Source: an uncultured Acidobacteriota bacterium
GTDB taxonomy: Bacteria; Acidobacteriota; Blastocatellia; RBC074
DNA: 64,000 nt
Assembly (NCBI GenBank): GCA_963796275.1
Contig: CAWCKY010000006.1
Location: 2,752,001-2,816,000, forward strand
Reading direction: 5' to 3'
Shown: positions 1-11,514 of the stretch, piece after piece
Position numbering within the stretch: position 1 is the first letter of the stretch
How the letters are laid out: each line of letters starts with the position of its first letter
Made by a program: the position numbers and the translations under genes
The notes under the pieces: model-generated
Database searches by the model: none
Told to the model about the DNA's origin: nothing
What the model saw: only the letters and a program-made list of their open reading frames with translations

Positions 1-699
1 GAGCAGGTAGATCAGCGCGAAGGGGAAATCATGCAGGTTCTCGGCGAGCGTGGCGGCGGCGGCGTAGCAAGCTTGTTCAGCGGTCTTCGTTTCTGCCAGA
101 CTACATTCTCCGAGGGCGCGCAGAGTTTTCAAACGCCGCTCGCCCAACACGCGCTTGGTGTCTTCGGTGACGGCGCAGAAGACGCCGCCCACGCCGCCCG
201 CGTCGTCCGGCACGGGGCTGTACGAGAAAGTGAAATAAGCTTCTTCGGTGAAGCCATACCGCGTCATCACGAGCAGGACGGACTCGTTCCAAGTAGATCG
301 TCCCTCATTGAGGACCATTTCGGTTTGCGGCCCGACCACCGGCCACACGTCGGCCCAGACGCGCGCCGCCGACTGGCCCAGCGCCTGCGGGTGGCGCGCG
401 CCGAGCATCGGACGGTAAGCATCGTTGTAGATGTTGGTCAGATCGCGCCCCCACCAGACGAACATCGGGTAGCGCGAATTGAGCACGATGCGGACGGCGG
501 TCTTCAAACTCTGCGGCCAGCTCTCAACCGGGCCGACCGGCGTTTGCGACCAGTCGAAGTCGCGCATCCGGCCAACCATCTCGTTTTCCCTTGGCAAGAT
601 GGCGCGCAGGAACGCGTCCGTCTCGCCGCCCTTCCGGAAATTCGCCTTCGCGGAAGCGGACGTTTTTTTCACCACACCAGACAATCGTTTTTTAGACAT
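1..699 (-). CDS. PAS/GAF sensor histidine kinase, N-terminal part (runs off the window edge)
   Basis: Not in the ORF track; hand translation gives MSKKRLSG...EMVGRMRDFDWSQTPVGPVESWPQSLKTAVRIVLNSRYPMFVWWG...IYNDAY...EEAYFTFSYSPV, the typical N-terminus of PAS-fold hybrid kinases. AAAGGAGG RBS precedes the ATG at 699. Confidence 0.85.
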   Translation of the reverse strand, partial: MSKKRLSGVVKKTSASAKANFRKGGETDAFLRAILPRENEMVGRMRDFDWSQTPVGPVESWPQSLKTAVRIVLNSRYPMFVWWGRDLTNIYNDAYRPMLGARHPQALGQSAARVWADVWPVVGPQTEMVLNEGRSTWNESVLLVMTRYGFTEEAYFTFSYSPVPDDAGGVGGVFCAVTEDTKRVLGERRLKTLRALGECSLAETKTAEQACYAAAATLAENLHDFPFALIYLL

Positions 700-1144
700 A
701 CGCCTCCTTTCCCATTTCACCTCGTTCGAATTCGAACGGATACCCCGGGGCCTCTCCCAGCCGGTGTCGGAGTGCGTTGAGCTCGATGATCAGCAAGAAA
801 TGAATGTTATCATGTTCTAATGAAAGCCTCCACGCCAGGTAGGCGCTTGGCCTTTATCTGAACTAATCTGAATATGAGGGGAAGGAGACAATTAGTCTGC
901 TTATGCCATATTGTCAGCGACATCCATTGAACACAATCTTGCCGCATGCGATATAAGCGAGCAGAAACTGGTTGTAGCGGACTTTGACTAGAGAGCAGAC
1001 GTAAGCAGATGTCCTTCCAAAGGTAAGTTTGATCTGGCAACGCGAGAAGGAAGTAGTTCGCTCAAGGAATGGAATCATGGGCCAGTAGATTCCGTAGAAA
1101 CCTCACAGTCTATTCAGAGGATTTATTAGGTCGGTTCTTGTTAA

Positions 1145-1510
1145 CTAAAGGACACGTTCTATAGGTTCTGCCCGTTCTATGGCTAGATACATCGGGCCGC
1201 TGCCGAATACATCAATCATCCATGAGCCGAAGCCGCGCTTGTTCCATACTCTGTAATACATCTGTTCGCCAGCCTCCACATCGAACTCCACAGTCTTAGT
1301 ATGTAGGGTATTGTCTATGAGCAGACGGTGGTGACCCGGCTCTACTTCCAATAAGATGTCCTTCCCGTTCTTGAGGAGCGTTAAGAATGTGCCGTCGAGG
1401 AAAAGCTTTATGCCCCTGGCCAAGTAATTGTCTTGGAACTTATGTGTCACCCTGAGCTGGCCTTTTAGAGCGCCGTCACCTTTTGTATGCTTGCTCATAG
1501 ATGCTCTCAT
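1145..1510 (-). CDS. small hypothetical protein (beta-sandwich-like)
   Basis: ORF with IKLFLDG...VEPGHHRLLIDNTLHTKTVEFDVEAGEQ pattern; start codon uncertain (1498, 1510 or 1540). Confidence 0.6.
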   Translation of the reverse strand: MRASMSKHTKGDGALKGQLRVTHKFQDNYLARGIKLFLDGTFLTLLKNGKDILLEVEPGHHRLLIDNTLHTKTVEFDVEAGEQMYYRVWNKRGFGSWMIDVFGSGPMYLAIERAEPIERVL

Positions 1511-1597
1511 TTCTCTTATCTTATCAGTCCCTCCCACCAAGGCAATAAAACGTCAAGGTAGAGCATTTGATCTGAAAAACTACAACTGTTTACCCCC

Positions 1598-4500
1598 TTA
1601 GAACCGCAGCCGCATGCTTACGGTATACATCCGTCCCATAGCGGCGCTCGTCACGCGCCCGAAATTATTGCTCGTCAGGTCCGTGGAAGGCGAATTCAGA
1701 TTCACACGATTGAACGCGTTATTCGACTCGATGCGCAGCGCGCCCGTGACCCGCTCCGTGAACTTGAGGCCCTTCTCCATGGAAAGGTCCACACGCGCGA
1801 AACCAGGCCCGCGGAATGTGTTCCTCCCGAGCGTGCCGTTCGTGCCCGGCGCCGGTCGTGGAAAGTCCGCCGCCGTAAACACGCCGGTCAGGAACTGCTG
1901 TTTGCTGAAACCTGTCCGGCTGATCGAGTCCGCCGGCGCATTCGGGCGGTCCGCGTTGGTCCCGTCTGCGTTGTAATCCCCGTTGGGATAGGACGCGCTG
2001 GTGAACACATTCAGCGGCAGGCCCGATTCGAGGATCCCGTAGCCCGAAAACTGCCATCCGCTCGCCACCCGGCAAACCAGGGAGCCGCACCCGCGCAGGA
2101 ACGGAAGCTCCCACACGCCAGAGAACGCCACGCGCTGCCGCACGTCGAAGCTCGCGACCGAACGGTCGAGATTGCGATTGTTGGCGTCGTAGTAACTTGT
2201 TGTCCCCTGCTCGGCCTCAGCGTCCGTCAGCACCTTTCCGAAGGTATAGCTTGCCTGAAAAGTCATGCCCTGGGAGAAGCCGCGGCGCACCGCAAACGTT
2301 CCGCCGTGATAGATCGAGTTCGACGTTGTGCGCGCCATGTTGATGCTCGAAAAACTGGGGTTGAAGCCGTCGAACCGGTTGTCCAGCATGTCGCCGTTGT
2401 AGCGATTGACGTTCGAAATGTTCACCAGGTGGTGGCCCGCCGAGCCGATCCAACTGACTTCCGCCACCAACTGCCCCGGCAAGGCCCGCTGCACGCCCAG
2501 GAACCAGTTCTGGCCGTAAGGGTTGTTGAACGCCGGATCGATCGCGGCGATCGCCACCCGCGCGCCCGCGATGCCGTTGCGCGAATCCAGCCCGAGCTTC
2601 AGGCCGGGATCGATCGGATAGCCGTAGAACGGCTGGTCCGGATCGCCGAACGCGTACGTGAACGTGGTCCCGAAGTTCTGCCCCAGTGTCGCGGTCGCGG
2701 CCAGCGGCGGATTGGTGCGGTACGTCGCGGTCTGCACCGTGGCCATGCGATCGTAGGAGAGCCCATAGCCGCCCCGGATCACGTTCTTTCCTTTCGCGCC
2801 GATGTCCCACGCGAATCCGAACCGCGGCGCGAAGTTCAACGCGTCGCGATCCCACCCGCGGGCAGTGAGATCCCACCTTTCCGCTCGCGAGCTGATCCAC
2901 ATACGATCCCGTCCCCGGCACGAAGTTGCGGAATCGATCGTGCGTATCCGTGTACGGGCCGAAGTAGTCGTACCGCAGCCCGATGTTCAGCGTCAGGTTG
3001 CGCCGCACCTTCCAATCGTCCTGGATGAACCCTGCGCCCTCCCAGATCAGCATATCTGCGCGCGTCGTGGTGGGCGTGCCGGTGCGTGGATCGACCGTAC
3101 GCATCATCTGCATGGGCTCATCGTCGATGAAGTCGAGAATGTTCGCGAAGCTGTATACGGGCACGTAGGACGCGGTGTGCCACAGGATGTTGATCGCGCG
3201 GCGGATCTCCCCGCCGATCTTTAACGCATGGCTTCCGCGGATCATCGTGAACGTGTCCTTCAACTGATATTCGGTGGGAAAGAACCCGCCGGGAAAGACG
3301 TTCACGTCGCGCACCGTGCCGAGGCCCGTGATGTTGATGCCCGGCACCTGCTTGTTCAGCATGTCCGGACAGGAAAGTCCGCCGCCTACAGGATTCGCGG
3401 GATCCTTGGGAGCGCAGTAGTGTCCGTTGAACCGCGTAGCCGAAAGACGCACCTCATTCAGCGCGCTGGCGCTGATCGTCTTGGAATAGACCAGATTGCC
3501 GAACAGACCCCACGTCGGGGCCGGCCGCAGGAAGTCCGGACGAATGCCGGGCGTGATCGTGCTCGCGTTCAGGCGATAAAAGTAGCCATACAAACGGTCC
3601 TTGCCGGGACGCAGTTCATGATCGACCCGGATCGTGTATTGATTGGAGCGCGAATCGGTCGAGGTCAGGTACTGCACGGTCCCGATATCTGGGATCCCGT
3701 CCGGCGTCGAGCTGAAGAGATTCACTCCGGGCTGCGGACCTCCCACGTCGCGGATGGCGCTCGTGGGGTCGGCCACCGGATGAAACGTCCGCATGAAGTA
3801 CGCCGCCAGCGAGTTCGGACGATTCTCCAGCACCCACGCGCGCAACTGAGGCGTTTCAACCGTGGCCGTCGCCGTGGTGGCGCCGGAGCGCCGCACGCCT
3901 TCATAGGTCGTGTAGAAGAAGGTCTTGTTGCGGATGATCGGCCCGCCCACGCCATAGCCGAACTGGTTGCGCCGGTTGACCGGGACCCCGCTCGTCGTAT
4001 CGAAGATGTTACGGGCCTGCAGCACGTTGTTGGTGTGGTAGTTCCAGACGCTGCCGTGGAACTGGTTCGTGCCGGACTTGGTGACGATGCTGATCTGCGC
4101 CCCCATGTTGCGCCCCTGCTCCGCGGAGAAGTTGTTGGTCGTGACCCGGACCTCGGCCACGGTCTCCACGTTGGGCGTGACTTCGGCGCGCCCACCGCGC
4201 GAGATGGAGTTGATGCTCGAATCGTCCAGCGTGAAGGAATTCCCGTCCGCCCGACTGCCGTTGGCGTTGAACTGCGGTGTGGCGTCGCTGCCCAACATTT
4301 CATTCCCCATATTGCGCCCGCTCACGCCGGGTTGCAGCACCATCAGGTTGACGATGTTGCGGTTCGGTATCGGCAGATTCTTCAACTGCGTGCCGGTGAT
4401 CTGGGACGAGATGCGGCCCTGCTCGGTCTCGAGCGCCCCCGACTGCGCGCTGACGTTGACCGTTTCGGTAACGCCCGACACTTTCATTTCGATATCCACC

Positions 4501-4808
4501 TTGCGGATCTCGTTGGCCGCCACATCCACCGAAGGCTGCGCGGCGTGCGCGAATCCCTCCTTCGTGGCCTTGACGGAATACGTGCCCGCGCCCAGGCTGA
4601 GCACGCGAAAGATTCCCTCGTCGGACGTGAGCACTTCGCGCGTTACGCCGGTGCTCAGGTTTGTGACCACGACCTGCACGTTGGGAATCACCGCTCCGGA
4701 ATTGTCTACGATCGTTCCCTGTATGCCGCTTCCGAATTGAGCAAAGAGGCCGGGAGTCAGGATCAGCAACGCAGAAACGCGTCTGAGAGAGGCTTTCATG
4801 GAATTCAT
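1598..4808 (-). CDS. Oar-like TonB-dependent receptor with N-terminal carboxypeptidase-regulatory-like domain; one +1 frameshift near 2872
   Basis: ORF 2217..4874 has a signal peptide, GTIVDNSGAVIP, TKSGTNQFHG and QDDWKV..LTLNIGLRYDY. ORF 1598..2902 continues NFAPRFGFAWD to a C-terminal LRF. Removing one G from GTGGGATCTC joins the two frames. Confidence 0.9.
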
Positions 4809-4900
4809 CCCCCTGTTTTCGGATTTTCGCCGAGCATATATCAGGCGGGAACTGCGTACAAGCATTTTCAACATTGCCCCAAGGCTGTAAAATCCGCCCC

Positions 4901-7168
4901 ATGAAAAATCCGATCAGTCGCAGAGCTGTATTAAGGAACGTGGCCACCGTCGGAGCCGGAGCGCTCTTCGCCCCGATCGCCGCCGCGCAGGACAAGCCGA
5001 TCCAGATCGCCGGAAAGCCCGTGGAAGTGACCCTCACGGCAGTTACTCCGCACACCGTGCGGATCGCGATCCAGCCCCTCGAAAATGGCCAGCCCAAGCC
5101 AATCCCCCAGGACGGCGCGCTGGTCAAGGAGGACTTCGGGAAGCCTAAGGCGAAGCTGCGCGCCCTCGCCGCAAGCCGCGCCGTGAAATGTGGCAACCTC
5201 ACCGTCAGGCTCACCGGTGACCCCCTCGCCATCCGCATCGAAGGCGAGGGCGGCCGTCTCCTGCAGGACCTGCGCTTCGACGCAACCGGGAAGATGACGT
5301 TCCTCACCGGCGACGCGCCCGTCCTGGGATTGGGCCAGGGCGGGCCGCAGTTCGATAAGCGCGGCAGCCTGGACCGCATGGGCAGCGGGCAGGGCGCGTT
5401 CCAGCTCGCCACGCACGGCGCCAAGGTGCCGGTGCAGCTTGCCATTGGGACCTCCGGGTGGGCCATGTTCGTTCACCAACCCGCCGGCGCGTTCGATCTC
5501 ATCGCCAAGGGGGCCGCCGTGTTCGAGGCGCGCGACGCGGAGAACCCACTCCCGCTCGATCTGTTCGTCATCGGCGCCGCCGAGCCGTCCGCCGTCATGC
5601 GCGAATACGCGGGAATCACAGGCCTTCCCGAGATGGTGCCGCTGTGGTCATTCGGATACCAGCAGTCCCATCGCACGCTCGATTCGCCCGAGCAGATCAT
5701 CCAGGAAGCCAAGACCTTCCGTGAAAAGAAGCTGCCCTGCGATATGATGATCTATCTCGGGACCGACTTTTGTCCCAACGGCTGGAACACCCACAACGGC
5801 GAGTTCACGTGGAATGAAAAGGCCTTTCCCGATCCGCCGGGAATGATCAAACAGCTTCACGATCTCAACTTCAAAGTTGTGTTGCACACCGTGGTCGAAG
5901 GCCGCCACTTCTCCGGCACGGTGCACGATCCCTGCAAGGTCGACCCCCTCCCCAGCGGACGGCTGGCGGACGGCCGCACCTGGCCGCCCGATCGTCAGGT
6001 CCCCTGCTACTGGCCCGTGCACAAGCCGCTGCTCGATATCGGCGTCGATGGCTGGTGGCCCGATCAGGGCGATGGCTTCGACGGCCCTTCGCGCCTGCTG
6101 CGCAATCGCATGTACTTCGAAGGTCACCAGATGTACCGGCCCAACGAGCGCGTCTACGCGCTGCATCGCAATGGCTATGCCGGCATGGCGCGGTACGCGG
6201 CCTTTCTCTGGTCGGGCGATGTTCGGTCGCGATGGGAAACGCTGAAGCAACACGTCGCCGTGGGAATCAACGCCGGGCTGAGCGGCATTCCGTATTGGGG
6301 CACGGACATCGGCGGCTTCGTTCCCACGCAGGAGTTCACGGGCGAACTGTATGCCCGCTGGTTCCAGTTTGCGGCGTTCAACCCGCTGTTCCGCTCGCAT
6401 GGACGCGAGTGGCGCCTCCGCCTGCCGTGGGGCTGGAACCGCGGCGAGATCGGCGGCTTCCGTGAGACGCCGTCGTATAATCCCGATCCCGTGGAACTGC
6501 ACAACGCCGCCATAGAGCCCGTTTGCAAGAAGTATCTCGAACTGCGCTACCAGATGATGCCTTACCTCTACTCCGCCGCGAAAGAGACGTGTGAGACGGG
6601 GATGCCCATCATCCGCGCCATGTGGCTGCACTATCCGGGCGAGGCCAACGCAGTCGGACGCGGCGACCAGTATCTTTACGGCCGCGACCTTCTGGTCGCA
6701 CCCATCTTCGAGAAGGGCGCGACCTCGCGATCGGTCTACCTGCCCCGCGGCAACTGGTACGACTTCTGGACGCGCGAAGTCACCGAGGGCGGGCGCGAGA
6801 TCACCCGCCGGGTCGATCTCGAGACGATGCCCCTATACGTGCGCGCGGGCGCGATTCTTCCCATGGACCCGGTGAAGCAGTACACCTGGGAAAAGGTCGA
6901 AGCGCCGCTCACCCTGTGGGTGTATCCCGGCGCCAATGGCGCGTTCTCCTGGTATGAGGACGATGGCACCTCGTTCAATTTCCGCAAAGGTGAGTTCATG
7001 CGCGTGAACATTGCGTGGAATGACGCGCAGCGAAGGCTGACCATGCGGCTGGCCAACGGCTCGAAGATGCTGGCGCCCAACAAACGGAATATCGAGGTCC
7101 GCGTCGTCGGCCAATCAGGCGTAAAGAGCGTGGTGTTCGATGGCAAGCCGATCGATATCAGGCTGTAG
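4901..7168 (+). CDS. glycoside hydrolase family 31 (alpha-glucosidase/alpha-xylosidase-like), Tat signal
   Basis: SRRAVL Tat motif; GVDGWWPDQGD nucleophile region, WSGD, GTDIGGF acid/base, ELYARWFQF, YLPRGNWYDFW, YEDDG. Confidence 0.93.
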   Translation: MKNPISRRAVLRNVATVGAGALFAPIAAAQDKPIQIAGKPVEVTLTAVTPHTVRIAIQPLENGQPKPIPQDGALVKEDFGKPKAKLRALAASRAVKCGNLTVRLTGDPLAIRIEGEGGRLLQDLRFDATGKMTFLTGDAPVLGLGQGGPQFDKRGSLDRMGSGQGAFQLATHGAKVPVQLAIGTSGWAMFVHQPAGAFDLIAKGAAVFEARDAENPLPLDLFVIGAAEPSAVMREYAGITGLPEMVPLWSFGYQQSHRTLDSPEQIIQEAKTFREKKLPCDMMIYLGTDFCPNGWNTHNGEFTWNEKAFPDPPGMIKQLHDLNFKVVLHTVVEGRHFSGTVHDPCKVDPLPSGRLADGRTWPPDRQVPCYWPVHKPLLDIGVDGWWPDQGDGFDGPSRLLRNRMYFEGHQMYRPNERVYALHRNGYAGMARYAAFLWSGDVRSRWETLKQHVAVGINAGLSGIPYWGTDIGGFVPTQEFTGELYARWFQFAAFNPLFRSHGREWRLRLPWGWNRGEIGGFRETPSYNPDPVELHNAAIEPVCKKYLELRYQMMPYLYSAAKETCETGMPIIRAMWLHYPGEANAVGRGDQYLYGRDLLVAPIFEKGATSRSVYLPRGNWYDFWTREVTEGGREITRRVDLETMPLYVRAGAILPMDPVKQYTWEKVEAPLTLWVYPGANGAFSWYEDDGTSFNFRKGEFMRVNIAWNDAQRRLTMRLANGSKMLAPNKRNIEVRVVGQSGVKSVVFDGKPIDIRL

Positions 7169-7195
7169 AAGCTTGTGGAAGAACCATCCGATAGG

Positions 7196-7265
7196 CGCCG
7201 ATAAACGCAGATCAACGCCGATTAGATATTGTTTGCAATCTGCCTACATCAGCATTCATTGCAGG
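7196..7265. repeat. degenerate REP-like palindrome built of AACGCAGAT / ATCTGC units
   Basis: gccgataaacgcagatcaacgccgat...atctgcctacatcagcattcattgcagg between convergent genes; tandem 10-mers with inverted counterparts. Confidence 0.45.
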
Positions 7266-7352
7266 AAGCGGCTGGCCGTGCGTTCTCAATGGCACTGGAT
7301 CCATACTCAGACAAGTCTTGGTAAGATCGATGCTCTCTCGTCGAAACGGATT

Positions 7353-10300
7353 TCACCAGATGAATCGTAGAGCTAGCTGAATGTCACGATTGTCCGCGAT
7401 GGTTTCTGTAATTGTGCCGAACTGAGGCGTGTTGAATGTCCTGTTGGGAATCTGAAATTGTGGTGTATTGAAAAGGTTGAAGAATTCTGCGCGGAATTGC
7501 AGCTTTCGTTTTCCGTCCGAGTCAAAGAAAATGTCTTTGAATACCGAAAGGTCGACATTTTTGAGGGATGGGCCTGTGCCGACGTTGCGGCCCGTATTTC
7601 CAAAGGCAAAACCTTCTGGAATCTTGAATGCTTCGGGATTCAGCCACTGATTAACCGAGCGCTCTTCGGAAGGAAGTTCAGGTGAGATACCGGTTGAGTC
7701 AGGCCGGATATTGGATGAACCTGAGTTGGAATGATCAAACGGTGAATTGATCGTGAAGGCGCGTCCGCTCTGATAGGAGACTATTCCGTTAATCTGCCAC
7801 CCACCAACCAGGCGATTCCAACCATGAGTTATGTTTCCGCCTAACGCACGTCCACGGCCAATTGGAAGTTCCCACAAGTAGCTCAGTATCAGGCGATGAC
7901 GGACATCTTGGAATGACCGTGAACGTTCAGCCCGATAGTTAGATTGATCTTGCAGGTTTCCCGTTCCACTTGTGGTTGCAAGCTGGGTCGAATCGGAATC
8001 GTCAATTGCTTTGGCCCACGTGTGTGACAGCAGGAACATATGGCCGAGTGAAAGTCTCTTCTCCACTTTCGTTTGCAGTCCGTGATAGATCGAGTTTCCA
8101 CGTGGTTCCTGGAATGTGATGCTGCCCCATCCTGGGAATATCCGGCGGCTGTTTACCGAAGCGGGTCCTGGGGCAGGTTGATTGATGTTGCGGTTCGCCA
8201 TCAATTTGTTGGCCTTGTTTCCGACGTAAGCTACCTCGAAGGAGAAATCACGGATTTGCCGGCCAAGAGTAAAGTTCCACTGCTGGCTGTAAGCCGCAGG
8301 GAAATCGTATGGACGGCCGTTTATATTCAGAAACAAATTGCTGAACACGCCATCGGCAAACCCAACTGGAGGGAAACCTTGCACAGGCCGGAGTGCCGTT
8401 GCGGGATCCAATTGATTACTCGGATAGGTGAAGCTACCAGAGAAAGGAGGATTGAACGCCGGATTATGATGTCCCGCATCTTCCAGAGTATAAAACACAC
8501 CGTAGCCAGCGCGGATTACTGTTCGCTGATTCAGTTGGTAGGCAATTCCGAAACGCGGGGCAAAATTGTTTCGATCAGGTCGAGCTAAGGCTCGATCCTC
8601 TAGTGAACCGGCTTTGGGGAGAACAATGCTATTCGTAGCAATGTCGAAGTTTGCCATTCTGTTAGCCACCTCCGTCACCGGGGTTGTGTATTCGTAGCGC
8701 ACGCCCATATTTATGGTGAGACGGCTGGACACCTTCCAGTCATCCTGCAGAAAGCCGCTGTAGTTGCGAATCCGGATGCCCGCTCGCACGTTGGTTCCAA
8801 TCGAGGCCGAATCCGGGAAACCTAACAGAAAGTCGGCAAATGGATTTCCCGTGTCTGTGCGAGAAAGCGGATCTTGGCTGAATACGCCAGTGTATGAGTA
8901 AGAGCCGCGTGGCGAACTGCCTTGGCCCAAGTTGAACTGTGTTCTGCGATGGTCAAAGCCCATCTTAAGGCTATGCCGTCCCAAAATGATGGTGATGTTA
9001 TCCAGAATGTGAAATACGGTCTGTCCCCGCCGCGTATCAAAGGCGTCCCCCAGGGCGGAAAACCCGGTAATATTGACAACCGAGAGACCGTTGGATTGAG
9101 GATCCGATGGAACGCCGCTAATTCCAAAATCGGCCGCAAGATTCTGCCCGTTGCTCTGCGGGGTTACCGTAGCATAGAGCCGGTTGAAGCCGAAGCGTGA
9201 TTCGTTCACTATCCGTTGTGAAAACGTGTGCGTATGGCTCAGCACTGCGCCGCGGTTATTAATCACCTGCGGAAGAAACTCTTGCGCAGCGAAGTATCCG
9301 TTGTAGGGCAGGTCGGGAATGTCGAGCGGAACAGCAAAATTGCGGTCTCCCCGGCTAAACCGGAACATAAACGAGTCACGCTCGCTCATTTCATGATCCA
9401 GTTTGATATCGCCTTGATCATTATTGTCGGTGTATTTCGGATTCAAAATGTAATTATTGGCAACACCTGGAAGGTTTGGTTCCGGATAGAGAGCCAGAAA
9501 CTTCTGCATGACGGGATCCAATCGATCTGCAGGGATGCGATTACCTTCGAATGGCTGCCGAATTGTTCGGCCCTCGGAATCAACCCTTGTCTTATCCGGA
9601 TCAAAAATGGGCGCAAGGCCGGAGAAATCGCCGTTACGCATCGCATTGGTTGGCACTGTGAAGATTCGTGTTAAGCCTTTGCGAATGCGTGTTCCCTGGT
9701 AGTCAGCGAAAAAGAAGGTCCGATTTCGTCCGTTATACAATTTCGGAATGTAAACCGGGCCGCCCATCGCCCCGCCGAATTGGTTCTGTTGAAAGGCTGG
9801 CCGTTCACGGCCCACGTTAAAGAAGTTGTTTGCGTCAAGTTTGTCATTGCGAAGAAACTCGAACAGCACTCCGTGAAATTGGTTGCTCCCGGAACGCAAA
9901 CTGATATTTATTGTTCCGCCCAGGCCTCTCCCGAATTCGGCGGATAGCAGGTTTGATTGCACCTTGAACTCAGCGATCGCATCGGGAGACGGCAATATCG
10001 GCGCCTGGTTATTATCAGTCGTGTTGTTGTTGATGCCGTCCAGCAGAAAATTATTATTCTGAATTCGATTCCCGTTGATTCCAATAAAAAAATCTTGATA
10101 AAGCGAATTGTTTTTCTGAGGTATATACGCACCAGGAGTCAGCGCGATGAGTTGAACAAAATTTCGGCCATTAAGTGGCAACTCTGAAACAGGCTTTGTA
10201 GCAATTACCTGGCCGAGCGAAGTCGTCTCGGATTGCAGTAACGGCGCCTTGGCGCTAACTTCGATTGTTTCCGATACCTGTCCTACTTCCATGAGGAAAT

Positions 10301-10613
10301 CAACTCGAATACGGTCCTGCACTCGCAGGAGAATATTTTCACGGACACTCTTCTTAAATCCGCTTGCCTCTACCGAAATCGTGTACATGCCGATCCGAAG
10401 TGGAGTAGCGACGAAGAGTCCATTACTATCGGTGTTAACCGTCATGCTGGCATTGGTTCCGGCATTCACCAATGCAACTGCCGCGTTTGGAATGGGAGAA
10501 CCGCTCGGGTCGGTGATAACGCCGGTGATAATCCCAGTGTCCTGCTGTGCAAAGCAGATCGAACCACACAGAAGGTAGATTGAAAGGAGAACGTTACTGC
10601 AAAAACGTGGCAT
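7353..10613 (-). CDS. Oar-like TonB-dependent receptor
   Basis: ITGVITDPSG, ELPLNGRNF, RSGSNQFHG, QDDWKV, NFAPRFG, C-terminal IQLALRFIW; about 1090 aa. Confidence 0.93.
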   Translation of the reverse strand: MPRFCSNVLLSIYLLCGSICFAQQDTGIITGVITDPSGSPIPNAAVALVNAGTNASMTVNTDSNGLFVATPLRIGMYTISVEASGFKKSVRENILLRVQDRIRVDFLMEVGQVSETIEVSAKAPLLQSETTSLGQVIATKPVSELPLNGRNFVQLIALTPGAYIPQKNNSLYQDFFIGINGNRIQNNNFLLDGINNNTTDNNQAPILPSPDAIAEFKVQSNLLSAEFGRGLGGTINISLRSGSNQFHGVLFEFLRNDKLDANNFFNVGRERPAFQQNQFGGAMGGPVYIPKLYNGRNRTFFFADYQGTRIRKGLTRIFTVPTNAMRNGDFSGLAPIFDPDKTRVDSEGRTIRQPFEGNRIPADRLDPVMQKFLALYPEPNLPGVANNYILNPKYTDNNDQGDIKLDHEMSERDSFMFRFSRGDRNFAVPLDIPDLPYNGYFAAQEFLPQVINNRGAVLSHTHTFSQRIVNESRFGFNRLYATVTPQSNGQNLAADFGISGVPSDPQSNGLSVVNITGFSALGDAFDTRRGQTVFHILDNITIILGRHSLKMGFDHRRTQFNLGQGSSPRGSYSYTGVFSQDPLSRTDTGNPFADFLLGFPDSASIGTNVRAGIRIRNYSGFLQDDWKVSSRLTINMGVRYEYTTPVTEVANRMANFDIATNSIVLPKAGSLEDRALARPDRNNFAPRFGIAYQLNQRTVIRAGYGVFYTLEDAGHHNPAFNPPFSGSFTYPSNQLDPATALRPVQGFPPVGFADGVFSNLFLNINGRPYDFPAAYSQQWNFTLGRQIRDFSFEVAYVGNKANKLMANRNINQPAPGPASVNSRRIFPGWGSITFQEPRGNSIYHGLQTKVEKRLSLGHMFLLSHTWAKAIDDSDSTQLATTSGTGNLQDQSNYRAERSRSFQDVRHRLILSYLWELPIGRGRALGGNITHGWNRLVGGWQINGIVSYQSGRAFTINSPFDHSNSGSSNIRPDSTGISPELPSEERSVNQWLNPEAFKIPEGFAFGNTGRNVGTGPSLKNVDLSVFKDIFFDSDGKRKLQFRAEFFNLFNTPQFQIPNRTFNTPQFGTITETIADNRDIQLALRFIW

Positions 10614-11154
10614 AGTACCTCCTAGGTATTGCCGGCCTATCATATGTCATATGGATGACTGGCGGTGCAGTAGCTGCACGGGCCAGCCTCCGGCTTAACT
10701 GATAATGAGCTTCGGAGAGCTGTGGGTATTTTGTGAAGACCTTACGCAGAACCTGTTCCGCCCGGTTTTATTCCTTCGTATCAATCAATGCCTGCCAAGA
10801 ACTTGCAAGAGATGCGGGTCAGGATCGATCTTGCGCCGTGTTCGAGCCGTTCGCGCGATTCATTGGGCTGACCGGCTTCCGCCACAATTTCGACCAGGCT
10901 CAGGAAAGCCCAAGAGTAGGGCTTTTTCGCCAACATACTTTCGTCAATGGTGGCGATTTAGAGCCTCACCTCGTGGAAACTCCACTTCGTACCGTAATCC
11001 TAAGTTGAACCATTAATAAAGAAAGATTGACCAAACACCTAGAAACTCTCGATTGGCAATCTATCTAGCAGACTACTACTGATTAGGCCCATCATAATGA
11101 TCATAATTAACCAACGTCAAGAAAAAATCTGCTAAAGTTGTTACATATGAAAAT

Positions 11155-11355
11155 ATGTGTTGTTTAATTCGCACAATAAAGATATTCGAAATAGAACTTG
11201 TATTCTGGCATCGGGAAAGGTCGGACTGGCCAAAAAGAAGAACTCTGAAGTTGTTTAGAGACTGGTTTGAAATCTTAGACCATTCAGAAGTAATAGATAT
11301 CGGCCAGGGACAAATAACGAAGGAAGAGTTTGACTGGAAAGCGGAAATTTTATAG
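11155..11355 (+). pseudogene. C-terminal fragment of a small conserved hypothetical protein
   Basis: FEIELVFWH...WPKRRTLKLFRDWFEI..HSEVID resembles the C-terminus of a widespread small protein; N-terminus missing; AT-rich context. Confidence 0.4.
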
Positions 11356-11514
11356 ACGACGGCAATGCGGAATAAATAGTACTACCGTGCGCAGTAGGCC
11401 AATATATGTCATGCGAACGCTTAACGAGTTGATCAACGAGAAAGAATCGGCGATACGGATGATCAGGGAACCTGTTATCCCTGTCATGAGATTAGGTTCC
11501 GTCGCAGGTAAGTC

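Noticed and set aside
31-820. Plus-strand ORFs of 249 aa and 113 aa
   Set aside because: Antisense shadows of the minus-strand sensor kinase, which has the RBS and family motifs.
3228-4904. 558 aa plus-strand ORF and other long antisense ORFs (e.g. 28453..29679, 39628..40866)
   Set aside because: Shadow frames of GC-rich real genes; no motifs, Arg/Ala-rich composition.
10680-11000. Short ORFs upstream of TonB receptor 2
   Set aside because: Only a broken minus-strand TPR-like trace (AEQVLRKV..KYPQLSEAHYQL); too degraded to call.
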